NCBI GenBank assembly: GCA_021820065.1
Contig: JAKAEE010000008.1
Coordinates: forward strand, 12,488-76,487
DNA: 64,000 bases
Direction: 5' to 3'
Source: Bacteroidota bacterium
Lineage (GTDB): Bacteria; Bacteroidota; Ignavibacteria; Ignavibacteriales; Melioribacteraceae
Positions 18,880 to 28,870 of this stretch are shown here, piece after piece; position 1 is the first letter of the stretch, and every line of letters begins with the position of its first letter. The translations under genes were made by a program, and so were the position numbers. A model generated the notes under the pieces. The model saw only the letters and a program-made list of their open reading frames with translations. It did no database searches and was not told where the DNA came from.

Positions 18880-18949
18880 ATAGAAAGAGGTTTTGAAGGC
18901 AATTAAGGTAGCCTCCATTATCAAACGGCGGCGCACAAAGAATTGTTTA

Positions 18950-20845
18950 TTACTTTGCAACTATCATCTTCTTAATCGACTGGAAATTGCCCGCCGTTAG
19001 TTTGTAAACGTAAGTCCCACTTGAAAGTTTTGAAGCATCAAACTCTGCTTCAAATGTGCCGGCCGGTTTCATTTCATTTACCAAAGTTGAAACTTCTCTA
19101 CCAAGCATATCATAAATTCTCAGCGTTACAAAATTAGCTTCGGGCAAAGAGTAGGAAATCTTTGTTGATGGATTAAACGGATTTGGATAATTCTGATTCA
19201 GCGAGTAGTAAGCCGGAATTTCTTCTTGAGTAGATTCCTTTTCCAGTTTCAGTGCATTGTCATTATTATCCGCAACAATACTTGCTTGCGGCGGAGGGGT
19301 GTTAACAACATCAACATAAAATTCATTTGATACTTTAGTTGTGTTACTTCCGTCGCGAACTGTGCAGCGCAATTTAAAACTTCTTAGGTCATATGGATAA
19401 AAAGGTTTGCTAAATGTTGGAGAGTTTGTTCCAACTGGAACCCATTGACCGCTTATGACAGAGTTGGGACCAATTACTCTACTGGTATTGGCACTTAATA
19501 AATTTGCGCCATTACTGAAATAATATATCTCCCATTGATATGTAAATGGTGAAATACCATCAAGAGGTTGAACCCACCAATGACCAGTTCCTCCTTGATA
19601 AAGAGTGAAGTCCCCAATTAAAGATGCTCCAGATAATGGTTTCGAAAAAAATGACTCTCTTTCGAATAAGTAAAGTAACCCGGCCGTTGCACGAATAGCA
19701 TATATCAACGAATTTGAACCAATACTATTTAACTCATCTGTCCAACTACCAAATTGATTCGGGATGTTATTAATTATGCTTGACATTTCGGAGTAGTCAT
19801 CATTAGTATATTGATCCAATAAGTTAAAAGAACGATTTCCCACAAATGTTTCGTTGCTATATCTGTAGCAATTATAGACATCTGCAATTTGCGCTGTTGT
19901 ATAAAAAAGATATTTCAATGGGTTCTTTTTAGATCAAGCACTTATTACACCTCCTTGATTAATCGCATTTAGATAAGTCCAGTTCTCAGCTGGGAAAGCT
20001 GGTGGGATTGAATTACAACTCGAACCTGCACCCGACCAGTACTTACCGCCAATTTCCATTTCGTATCTATCACCTTTAGCCACATCACATGGATGTGATC
20101 TTATTCTAACATGCGCAGGGACACTCATATCCGCTAAAAGGTGACATAATCTTCCAAGAATGCTACCAGCAAAAATTACGTCATAATAATTATCACTTTG
20201 AACAATTTCAATTGGTTGAGAAAAATTAACTACGCTGTTTTCTGTAACAACTCCAGTAATATAATATCGTCTATTCTTCAATAAGTCCGGGAGTGTGCTA
20301 TATTTTATTTTCATATACAAATAAACCTGAGTCGGGGAAAACCCTTGGGCAACTAATGCTGTTTGTTCTTTTGATGTATAAGGAAAAGAAAAGGGGCCAG
20401 GCATATAAAGATCTTGATTTCCACCCCAAAGAATTTCAGCCTTTTTAAACGCATTTTCAAATTGACCGCTAGCATATTCAAGACTGTTTAAAGAATAGGG
20501 AGCTAAATCTGGATTCCAAAAATGGGAAGCCGAAACAGAAGTACATTATCTGAATGGTATTGGAAAACCACAATATCCAAAAACAATATCAGAATGATCT
20601 TCGGCCCAAGCGCCTCCTAGCGCGTGTGTAATTGAATAATGAGATGGTTCGCCATATGAATAAAAATTTCCATTTGAGTCTCTGAAGTAGCTGTCAAAAA
20701 GGGACGGCATTTGACCATATTGATTTTGTAAAAGTAAATACGCCTGTTTTATAATGTATTGATGTACCCATTCTTTGTGTGCTTTAATTGAGCTGGAACA
20801 AATAATAAATAAGGAAACAGTAATAAGAAAAATCATCTTTTTCAT
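18950..20845 (-). pseudogene. Zinc-dependent phospholipase C-like protein with a T9SS C-terminal sorting domain, interrupted by two in-frame stops
   Basis: The three track ORFs (20546..20902, 19934..20404, 18950..19918) share one frame. Hand translation across the gaps is continuous apart from TAA at 20546-20548 and TGA at 19934-19936. Motifs: signal peptide MKKMIFLITVSLFIICSSSIKA, HKEWVHQ, WAEDHSD, SHFWNPD, HLLADMSVPAHV. C-terminal YPNPFNPSTKISYSLP...LRIYDMLGREV...SGTYVYKL matches the Por sorting domain. Confidence 0.75.
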
Positions 20846-20873
20846 AACGAAACCCCTATATTTAATAAAAAAA

Positions 20874-21425
20874 TCATTTATTAAAATTCCACGATACACC
20901 AATAATTCCGAATGAAATTATTGGCTTATTATTAAATAGACTAATGTCAAGACCTCCTTCTACCTCCAGATTTAACTTGTCGCTTAAGGGTATAGAATAA
21001 GACGGATTAACGCCTACAAATGCAATAAAAGCACCGCCACTAAATTCGATACCTTTTGCAAGTACTAAAGTCAAGCCAGCATGTACATCAACAGCAAGAT
21101 TTCCTTTTAATAAAAGTTTCGGACCAGCTTTCACAAAGATGGAAAAATTTTTAATCCCAAATTCATTTGTCAATCCTATTTGGGGATAAGTTTGATCAAA
21201 AGACTCATCGTCATACCGATAACTTAAATTAATGAACATTTGCACCCCTTCAATAGAAATATAATCGTTGGTTTGCCATTGACTGTTGAATAACATACCT
21301 GAAGACAATATCAGCTTTTCATGTGAGGTATATTTCTCTTCTTCACTCTTTTGCTGAGAAAATACGTTTTGATGTAAAACAACAAATAAAATGAAGATAA
21401 CAAATAAAAAGGCATTGATTTTCAT
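20874..21425 (-). CDS. Small outer-membrane beta-barrel-like hypothetical protein
   Basis: 183 aa with a signal peptide (VVLHQNVFSQQ), alternating strand pattern and aromatic C-terminus (VSWNFNK). Confidence 0.5.
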   Translation of the reverse strand: MKINAFLFVIFILFVVLHQNVFSQQKSEEEKYTSHEKLILSSGMLFNSQWQTNDYISIEGVQMFINLSYRYDDESFDQTYPQIGLTNEFGIKNFSIFVKAGPKLLLKGNLAVDVHAGLTLVLAKGIEFSGGAFIAFVGVNPSYSIPLSDKLNLEVEGGLDISLFNNKPIISFGIIGVSWNFNK

Positions 21426-21760
21426 AATTATCCCTTAGTTTTAAAGTAATGTAAAAGAGTTTTGCACTATGTAAACCCAACAGAATATTTATTTAGAAAT
21501 CCCAGGCTGGAGAAATTAATTTCATCTGCAGAAAAAATAAAGAAGCAACAGAAAACAGGTATCAACTTACCCCCTGTTAAAAAATTATCACTTCATTAAT
21601 TGTAAAACCAATTGCGATTCGTCAAACTAATTTCATTTTCGTATTTCATTTTAACTGTCTAATATGTTAATCAACAAATTCTAACACTAATGTAATTCCA
21701 AAGGACATTTCTTTCAAGATAAAATCCGTACACCCAAAATTCTTGCACTCCTGAACAAAA

Positions 21761-21828
21761 TATAAAGACCGCAATGGTTTTCTGATCTGTTCACCACAAC
21801 AAGGCGAAAACCAATTACGGCCTTTATA
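21761..21828 (-). terminator. Long imperfect hairpin about 60 nt downstream of ftsZ (candidate dcw terminator)
   Basis: tataaagaccgcaatggttttc ... gaaaaccaattacggcctttata; on the minus strand it is followed by UAUUUUGUU. Confidence 0.4.
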
Positions 21829-21888
21829 AAGGGCAACATAGGGGAAACTTTATTTCATGCTCTTGCTCTTGTTCTTACTCTTTCGGCA

Positions 21889-23181
21889 TCAATCCATAAT
21901 TTTTCTTAAGAACGACGAACTGTCTTCCTCGTCGCTGTTCTTTTTGTTCGGATTGAAATCGTCATCAGAATAATCAACGTGTTCCGTTCTAAATCCGCTT
22001 TCGATATTTGCGTTCCGTGCAAACAAATCCAGATCGCCTTTATTATATCTAAGAATAGTTGGAATACTTAGGTCTTCGCTGTTTTCAAGATCGGCGCCTT
22101 TCTTTGTTGAAAATGCCGCACCGATGTTGCCGACTTTTTTCTCCGGCTTTCTCTCTGCTTTTTCCGATTTCAAACTACTGATTGGTTTCGAGCTCGCCTT
22201 TGTTTCGAACCCGGTTGCAATAACAGTATATGAAATGTATTCCGTCATCGATTCTTTATTAACGACTCCGAAGATTACATTTGCTTCTTCGCCGGCAGCT
22301 TCAAAGATTACATTGTTTCCGGTTTCAATTTCCTGCATAGTCATGTTTGCCGAACCGCTGACGTTGAGAAGAATATTTTTTGCACCTTTAATTGAAACAC
22401 CTTCAAGGAGCGGTGATGAAATTGCTTTCTGCGCAGCTTCGATGGCGCGGTTTTCTCCGCTTGAAATTCCACATCCCATCAACGCCTGTCCGCTGTCTCT
22501 CATTACGGTGCGGACGTCTGCAAAGTCAACATTAATAATTCCTTTAATTGTAATTATGTCTGCGATGCCGCGTGTAGCTTCATAAAGAATTTCATTCGGC
22601 TTATCGAATGCTGCTCGTGCAGCAGTTGCCGTATCGATTATGCTGAGAATCCTGCTGTTCGGAATAACAATCAACGAATCAACATACTGACGAAGTTCTG
22701 CAATTCCTTCGTCGGCATTTTTCATTCTTTGTTTTCCTTCCCATGTGAACGGTTTGGTAACGATACCGATCACGAGAGCGCCCAAACTTTTTGCAATCGA
22801 TGCAACTATTGGAGCTCCGCCCGTTCCCGTTCCGCCTCCCATACCGGCGGTAACAAAAACCATATCCGAGCCATCGAGAATATGAGTAATTTTTTCGCGG
22901 TCTTCTTCTGCGGCTTTCTTACCAACGTTTGGATCTGCACCGGCACCGAGCCCTCGTGTTACGTTTGTGCCGATTTGAATTTTGTGCAGCGCCGAACTTT
23001 CCTCCAGCACTTGCGCATCAGTATTGACAGCAACGAATTCAACCCCGTTCAAACCGCGGTTGATCATACTATCAATAGCATTGCAGCCGCCGCCCCCTAC
23101 TCCAACGACTTTAATTTGAGCAGACAATGGTCTTTGTGTTTCAAGAGTAAAAAAACGTGGCCGTTTTTCCATAGTTGACAT
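21889..23181 (-). CDS. ftsZ: Cell division GTPase FtsZ
   Basis: 430 aa. GVGGGGCNA and GGGTGTG tubulin signature; conserved C-terminal peptide region. Confidence 0.97.
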   Translation of the reverse strand: MSTMEKRPRFFTLETQRPLSAQIKVVGVGGGGCNAIDSMINRGLNGVEFVAVNTDAQVLEESSALHKIQIGTNVTRGLGAGADPNVGKKAAEEDREKITHILDGSDMVFVTAGMGGGTGTGGAPIVASIAKSLGALVIGIVTKPFTWEGKQRMKNADEGIAELRQYVDSLIVIPNSRILSIIDTATAARAAFDKPNEILYEATRGIADIITIKGIINVDFADVRTVMRDSGQALMGCGISSGENRAIEAAQKAISSPLLEGVSIKGAKNILLNVSGSANMTMQEIETGNNVIFEAAGEEANVIFGVVNKESMTEYISYTVIATGFETKASSKPISSLKSEKAERKPEKKVGNIGAAFSTKKGADLENSEDLSIPTILRYNKGDLDLFARNANIESGFRTEHVDYSDDDFNPNKKNSDEEDSSSFLRKIMD

Positions 23182-23207
23182 GATTCCTCCTTGTTGTGGT
23201 ATTTTAT

Positions 23208-24449
23208 TTATAGCTTGTCAAAAAATTCTTGTACTCTTTTGAACAGCTTGTTCACATTGAATTTGCTTTCCGTACTCGTACTCTTACCGACAGAAAAACT
23301 ATCCGATGCTTTTCCGGGAACGCCGCGGATTAATCCGGCAACTGTTGCAAACTCCGGACTTTCGACTTCGTTCGATAAACCGGAACCGAGATCGAGCGGA
23401 ACACCGATGCGTGCAGGCATTCCAAAAACTTCTTCAGCCAATTCCGTACTTCCTTTGAGAAGCGAGCCGCCGCCGGTTAATACGACACCGGCTTTAATCT
23501 TATTTTTGAATCCGGTGTGGCGCAGTTCGTTATCGATGATCGAGAAAAGTTCTTTCATTCTAATACTAATGATTTGTGTTAACAGCGAGAGAGGTATTTT
23601 GATGTTTCCTCTTCCGCCTATGCCCTTTATATATAAGTCTTCTTCTTTGATCATCGCTTGTTCGGTTGCGTAACCGTGTTCGCGTTTTAATTTTTCCGCA
23701 TCTGCAGTAACGATGCCGAGTGTTTCGCGGATATCGTTTGTAACTTGATTGCCCGCAACTCCAATTACTTTTGTATGCTTGATTGCTTTCTTGTGAAAGA
23801 CTGCCAAATCGGTTGTTCCGCCGCCGATATCAATCAACAAAACGCCTAAATCTTTTTCGTTTTCTTCCAGCACTGCATAGCTCGATGCAATCGGTTGAAG
23901 CACGTAATCTTTCACAACGTATCCCGCGCGCTCAACGGATTTTTTTATATTTTGAATTGCGGCAATAGAAGCAAGTACAACATGATTTACCGCTTCCAAT
24001 CTTGAGCCGCTCATTCCTATCGGATCGTCAATACCGCCCTGGTAATCCACAAAATATTCTTCCGGAATGATGTGAAGTATCTGGCGGTCTGAAGGAATTC
24101 TTATCGTCTGAACATCGCTTCTCAACCGGTCGAGATCGTCTTGTGTAATTTCTTTTTCAGGGTTGCTGATGGTTACATAATTTCTGTGACGTAAACTCGT
24201 AATATGTTCGCCCGCAACGCCTACGTTAAGTTCCTTAACCGACAAACCGGCTCTGTTGAGTGCAATGCTCATTGCCTGATTAATTGCTTCGGCAGTTTTG
24301 GAAATATTGGCTACCAATCCGCGGTTTAATCCTTCCGAAGGGGCAACGCCGAATCCGAGAATATTCATATTCGATTCAGATTGTTCCGCAATGACGGCAC
24401 AAACTTTTGTTGTGCCGAGATCGAGTCCTGCTATTATATTTTTCTTCAT
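23208..24449 (-). CDS. ftsA: Cell division protein FtsA
   Basis: Actin-like ATPase (GLDLGTTKVCAVIAE, DIGGGTTD). Start placed at the internal ATG (MKKNIIAGLDLG), just after the ftsQ stop at 24457. Confidence 0.93.
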   Translation of the reverse strand: MKKNIIAGLDLGTTKVCAVIAEQSESNMNILGFGVAPSEGLNRGLVANISKTAEAINQAMSIALNRAGLSVKELNVGVAGEHITSLRHRNYVTISNPEKEITQDDLDRLRSDVQTIRIPSDRQILHIIPEEYFVDYQGGIDDPIGMSGSRLEAVNHVVLASIAAIQNIKKSVERAGYVVKDYVLQPIASSYAVLEENEKDLGVLLIDIGGGTTDLAVFHKKAIKHTKVIGVAGNQVTNDIRETLGIVTADAEKLKREHGYATEQAMIKEEDLYIKGIGGRGNIKIPLSLLTQIISIRMKELFSIIDNELRHTGFKNKIKAGVVLTGGGSLLKGSTELAEEVFGMPARIGVPLDLGSGLSNEVESPEFATVAGLIRGVPGKASDSFSVGKSTSTESKFNVNKLFKRVQEFFDKL

Positions 24450-24456
24450 AATTTCT

Positions 24457-25266
24457 TCAACCCTGCCTGCCGGCTGGCAAGCCTTCATTTGAATTCGTCT
24501 CTGCTTTTCCGTTGGACGATTCTAAAATTCCAAGGTAAACGTGCCCGCCGTAACGCAGATCAACGTAATCCAAGTATTGATTAATTTCTTTCCCTTTCAA
24601 ATAATTCCAGAGATTATTTAGGTAAACAATTTTTCTAATCTCGCTTCCGCGACCGATTCTGATCGGATAATTGACCGACGAAAGATTTAGAATAATGTCG
24701 CCGCCGTTTTCCAGATCGATGGAAGAGAGTGAATCGTACAATTCCGGATTCAAAAGTTTAACCGACGAAATAATTTTTGCAGCGGTTACCACATCAAAAT
24801 TATTTCTCATCGAAGACAACGGTTGAACTGCTCCGTTAACGTTTGTGTTTGCGATGATCGGGTAATCAATTTTCTTTGTTTGATCAAATACCGGCAGCAC
24901 TTGCAGTTTATCAGTCACGATAAACTGGTTGTCGTCATTCAATAAAATAGCGATAAACGATTTTTCCGTAATCCTAATCGAGACTTGACCGTTTCCATCG
25001 TATCTGACATCAGCGCGTTCAACGTAAGGATGTTTTTCAATTCTATCTTTTATTACCTGCAAAGAAAGACCGGCGTAGTTATTTCTATCGAGCAAGTTCG
25101 CGTAACTCAGATACTGTTCCTTCGTAAGATGAACGTTTCCTTCCATCGCAATTATCTGAATGCTGTAACCGTTACCCGACTTTAGATTGACGGACAAATA
25201 AACAACCAAACCGAGTGTAACGACCAGAAAAATTGCGCTTATTATTTTTCCCAAAGCTTTCATCAA
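24457..25266 (-). CDS. ftsQ: Cell division protein FtsQ (POTRA)
   Basis: 269 aa. N-terminal TM helix followed by a POTRA-like region. Lies in the conserved position between murC and ftsA. Confidence 0.8.
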   Translation of the reverse strand: MMKALGKIISAIFLVVTLGLVVYLSVNLKSGNGYSIQIIAMEGNVHLTKEQYLSYANLLDRNNYAGLSLQVIKDRIEKHPYVERADVRYDGNGQVSIRITEKSFIAILLNDDNQFIVTDKLQVLPVFDQTKKIDYPIIANTNVNGAVQPLSSMRNNFDVVTAAKIISSVKLLNPELYDSLSSIDLENGGDIILNLSSVNYPIRIGRGSEIRKIVYLNNLWNYLKGKEINQYLDYVDLRYGGHVYLGILESSNGKAETNSNEGLPAGRQG

Positions 25267-26649
25267 CTATTTCTGCTTCTCTTTTAGAAATTGAACAAAC
25301 TTTTCGCCGAACTTCCATATATCGCCGGCGCCCATTGTAATTACGATATCACCCTTCTTGTAAATTTTTTGAAGCAGTTCCGGCACTTTAGTTTTATCCG
25401 GTTCATAGTAAACATGTTTGTGACCGAACTTTTTTGCAGTGTCGGCGATGAGCGAACCGTTAATTCCCTCAATCGGTTTTTCGCGCGCCGGGTAAACATC
25501 GGTGCAAATGAAAACATCAGAGTTCAAAAACGATCTTCCGAACTCGGCATAAAAATCGCGTGTGCGCGAAAACAGATGCGGCTGGAATACTGCAACCAAT
25601 CTTCTGTTCCATCCGCGGCGAATTCCGTCAAGCGTTACATTTATTTCCGTCGGATGATGGCCGTAGTCGTCAATCACCATCACGTCGTTATCGTATTTTT
25701 TCTCGAACCGGCGGTAAACACCGTTGAATGATTCGAGAGCTTTCTTGATCACGTCGAACTCAACACCCATTTGTTTTGCGATTGTAACTGCAACCAGAGA
25801 ATTTTTCACGTTGTGCAAGCCGGGGATGTTGATTCTCAATTTTCCGAGTTCTTTGCTGAGATATACCACAGTGAACTCGGAATAATTTTGCGAATGAGTA
25901 ATGTTTGCAGCACGAACATCAGCTTGCGGAGATAATCCGTAAGTAAAAATTTTCTTGTTGATTTGCGGAATTACATCCTGAAGCGCGGGTTCATCGAGAC
26001 ATAAAACTACAAATCCGAAGAAAGGAACTTTGTTCGCAAATTCTACAAAAGCTAATTTTATGTCATCCAAATCTTTGTATGTATCAAGATGTTCTTTTTC
26101 CAAAGTTGTAAGAGCGGCAATTGTGGGAGTTAATTTCAAAAATGTTCTGTCGAATTCGTCAGCTTCAACAACAATGTACTCGCCCTGACCGAGCCGCGCA
26201 TTTGTTCCGCCGAGTGAGCTAAGTTTTCCGCCGACAATAATTGTTGGATCAATTCCGGCTTCTGTTAATACTAAGCCAACCATCGAAGTCGTAGTAGTTT
26301 TTCCATGCGTTCCGGCAATTCCGATTCCATATTTCATTCTCATACATTCTGCTAACATTTCCGAACGCTTGATCACCGGAATTTTTCTTGCAAGGGCTTC
26401 TTTCACTTCCGGGTTTTCCAAATTCACCGCCGAGGAGTAAACGACAACATCCGCGTCTTTCAAATTATCAGATGAATGTCCTTCAAAAACTTTTATTCCC
26501 AAACTTTCGAGCCGGTCGGTCACTTCCGTTTTGTTCAGATCGGAACCGGTGATTGTGAATCCTTGACTCAATAAAATTTCAGCAATGCCGCTCATACCGA
26601 TTCCGCCGATACCGACAAAGTGAACATTTTTAACCGTCTTCATCATCAT
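25267..26649 (-). CDS. murC: UDP-N-acetylmuramate--L-alanine ligase
   Basis: 460 aa. HFVGIGGIGMSGIAE and GTHGKTTTTSM motifs. Confidence 0.95.
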   Translation of the reverse strand: MMMKTVKNVHFVGIGGIGMSGIAEILLSQGFTITGSDLNKTEVTDRLESLGIKVFEGHSSDNLKDADVVVYSSAVNLENPEVKEALARKIPVIKRSEMLAECMRMKYGIGIAGTHGKTTTTSMVGLVLTEAGIDPTIIVGGKLSSLGGTNARLGQGEYIVVEADEFDRTFLKLTPTIAALTTLEKEHLDTYKDLDDIKLAFVEFANKVPFFGFVVLCLDEPALQDVIPQINKKIFTYGLSPQADVRAANITHSQNYSEFTVVYLSKELGKLRINIPGLHNVKNSLVAVTIAKQMGVEFDVIKKALESFNGVYRRFEKKYDNDVMVIDDYGHHPTEINVTLDGIRRGWNRRLVAVFQPHLFSRTRDFYAEFGRSFLNSDVFICTDVYPAREKPIEGINGSLIADTAKKFGHKHVYYEPDKTKVPELLQKIYKKGDIVITMGAGDIWKFGEKFVQFLKEKQK

Positions 26650-26660
26650 AACTAATTTCC

Positions 26661-27761
26661 TTAAAGCATCTCGGCAAAATTAATTGCGCTCTCAGCAATT
26701 ACTTTTGCCGCTAATGGTTTTGCAAACTCCGAAATATTTTTTTTCAATTTTTCCTGCCGGACTTCATTGGACATAAGTTCATTCACGACGGGCAAAAACT
26801 CCGCCTCAACATTTTTATCTTCTATCAGTTCGGCTGCATTTGATTCTTTCATCGCTTTCGCATTCAGATACTGATGATTAGCCGCAACATTAGGCGACGG
26901 AACGAAAATAACCGGAAGCGTAAGAAACGAAACCTCTGCGATTGTCGTTGCACCGGCGCGCGCAAGCACAACATCGCTCGCAGAATATGCCGCCGACATA
27001 TCTCTAATAAACGGCATCACTTTCACAGAATCGTTCTCAAGATTTTTGTACTGATCAAAGTAAAACTGTCCCGTCTGCCAGATAACTTGAATTCCGTTTT
27101 CGTTTAATCCTTTTATGTTTCGTGCGACGGCTTGATTAATGGACCGCGCACCGCCGCTTCCGCCGATAATCAACAAAACTTTTTGGGCGGGGTTCAACGC
27201 GAAACTTTTTTTGGCGCTTGATTTATCAGCGAGCTTCAAGTTCACCCTTATCGGGTTGCCTGTAACTTTTAATTTCGATTGATCTCTAAAATATTTTTTA
27301 GATTCTTCGAACGTTAAATGAATTTCGTTCGCTTTCTTTTCAAGCATTCTGTTTGCAACGCCGGGATAACTGTTCTGCTCAAGCAGAATCACTTTTGCGC
27401 CGAGAACCGATGCCGCCCAAATGACGGGACCGGATACATATGCGCCGCTTCCGACTGCAACGCGCGGCTTGAACGAGAAACAAATCCCCAGCGATTGTAT
27501 CGCGGAGACAAAAAGTTTTATTGGGAAAAGAAGATTGCCCAGATTCAGTTTTCTGGAAAAGCCGCTGATCCAGATTGACTTGAAATCAAATTTGTATTCG
27601 GGAACGACACGCGATTCAATTTTGCTGTTTGCGCCGACGAACAAAATTTCTGCCTCCGGTTTCATAATTTGAATCTGCTGTGCAACGGCAAGCGCGGGAT
27701 ACAAATGTCCGCCCGTTCCGCCGCCCGCAAATACAAAACGATATGGAGTTTTACTTGTCAT
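26661..27761 (-). CDS. murG: Undecaprenyl-PP-MurNAc-pentapeptide GlcNAc transferase
   Basis: 366 aa. AGGGTGGHLYPALAVA N-terminus and GGSGGA motif. Confidence 0.95.
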   Translation of the reverse strand: MTSKTPYRFVFAGGGTGGHLYPALAVAQQIQIMKPEAEILFVGANSKIESRVVPEYKFDFKSIWISGFSRKLNLGNLLFPIKLFVSAIQSLGICFSFKPRVAVGSGAYVSGPVIWAASVLGAKVILLEQNSYPGVANRMLEKKANEIHLTFEESKKYFRDQSKLKVTGNPIRVNLKLADKSSAKKSFALNPAQKVLLIIGGSGGARSINQAVARNIKGLNENGIQVIWQTGQFYFDQYKNLENDSVKVMPFIRDMSAAYSASDVVLARAGATTIAEVSFLTLPVIFVPSPNVAANHQYLNAKAMKESNAAELIEDKNVEAEFLPVVNELMSNEVRQEKLKKNISEFAKPLAAKVIAESAINFAEML

Positions 27762-28870
27762 CCTACCTGCGCAATTTTTAATTCTGTTGTTTTAACTGTT
27801 TGTCGTCCAACATTCACAATTATTCCAATCGATACCGCAAAAAGGATAATTGAAGTACCGCCAAAACTTATGAACGGAAGCGTGATGCCGGTCGTAGGAA
27901 GCAAACCGGTTACCACCCCAGCATTTATAAATGCGCTTACAATAATGTTGAATCCCAAACCAAGAACGAGAAGCTGACCGAATCTGTCTTGAGCTTTCTT
28001 TGCAATTATAAGACAAGTGAGAAATAAAACGAGATACAAAAACAAAATCGTCACGGCGCCAACAAATCCCATCTGCTCGCCGAGAATTGAAAAAATAAAA
28101 TCGCCATACGATTCGGGTAGAAATAAATCGCTTTGCCTGCTGTGTCCTAGTCCTACGCCTAAAAGTCCGCCGCTGCCCAATGCAATTTTTGCCTGTTTAA
28201 CTTGAATGTTTATGTCGCCGCCGTTAATCAAACTTTCTATAAAAGTGATTACCCTTTCGCGGGAGTGCTTAAACAACATAATTGCAGCGCTCATCACAAA
28301 ACCCGCTGAAAAAATTATTCCGAAGATGTGTCTCAATCTCGCGCCGCCTGCAAACAAAAGAGCAAAACCGGTTATTGCAATAATCAAACTTGTGCTCACG
28401 TTCGGCTGAATCAAAACCAGCCCGCTTATTATTCCAATCCATATCAGGGGAAACTTGAAGCCTTTATTGAAATCTTTCAGGTCGTCGCCCATTTTTTCCA
28501 TCATCATTGCCAGGTGCATAATCAAGAAAACTTTTGCAGCTTCCGAAGGTTGAAACTGGAAGAATCCGAGATCGATCCATCTTGAAGCGCCTTTTACTTT
28601 CGGCGCGAACAAAAACGTTAACACTAAAACCGCGATGATGAAGAACATAAGTTTTTTGCTGTGATCGCGGTATTTATCATAAGGAATCAGTGAACAAACA
28701 ATCATTGCAACAATTGCTGCGAGAACTTTCCATAGGTGCGACTTGAATAAGAAATACAAATTGTTGAACCGCGTTAAGCTGTACGTTCCGCTTGCGGTGA
28801 ATACAATGATTGCGCCAAGCGAAATCATTATCACGACAAGAATGATCAATATTTTAACAAGAGTATTCAT
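27758..28870 (-). CDS. ftsW: Lipid II flippase/peptidoglycan polymerase FtsW (SEDS)
   Basis: 370 aa, polytopic. FQPSEAAK and LPTTGITLPFISFGG SEDS motifs. Confidence 0.93.
   Translation of the reverse strand: MNTLVKILIILVVIMISLGAIIVFTASGTYSLTRFNNLYFLFKSHLWKVLAAIVAMIVCSLIPYDKYRDHSKKLMFFIIAVLVLTFLFAPKVKGASRWIDLGFFQFQPSEAAKVFLIMHLAMMMEKMGDDLKDFNKGFKFPLIWIGIISGLVLIQPNVSTSLIIAITGFALLFAGGARLRHIFGIIFSAGFVMSAAIMLFKHSRERVITFIESLINGGDINIQVKQAKIALGSGGLLGVGLGHSRQSDLFLPESYGDFIFSILGEQMGFVGAVTILFLYLVLFLTCLIIAKKAQDRFGQLLVLGLGFNIIVSAFINAGVVTGLLPTTGITLPFISFGGTSIILFAVSIGIIVNVGRQTVKTTELKIAQVG

Noticed and set aside
18082-18949. JUMPStart/ops (GGCGGTAG) antitermination element upstream of the polysaccharide operon.
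   Set aside because: Only partial GGTAGC words occur (18581, 18907). There is no full ops octamer on either strand.
18829-20548. Stop-codon reassignment or selenocysteine to explain the in-frame TGA/TAA codons.
   Set aside because: TGA terminates ftsZ and several GT genes, and TAA terminates mraY, all at normal protein lengths. No suppressor-type anticodon occurs in the two tRNAs here, and there is no obvious SECIS-like hairpin after the TGAs.
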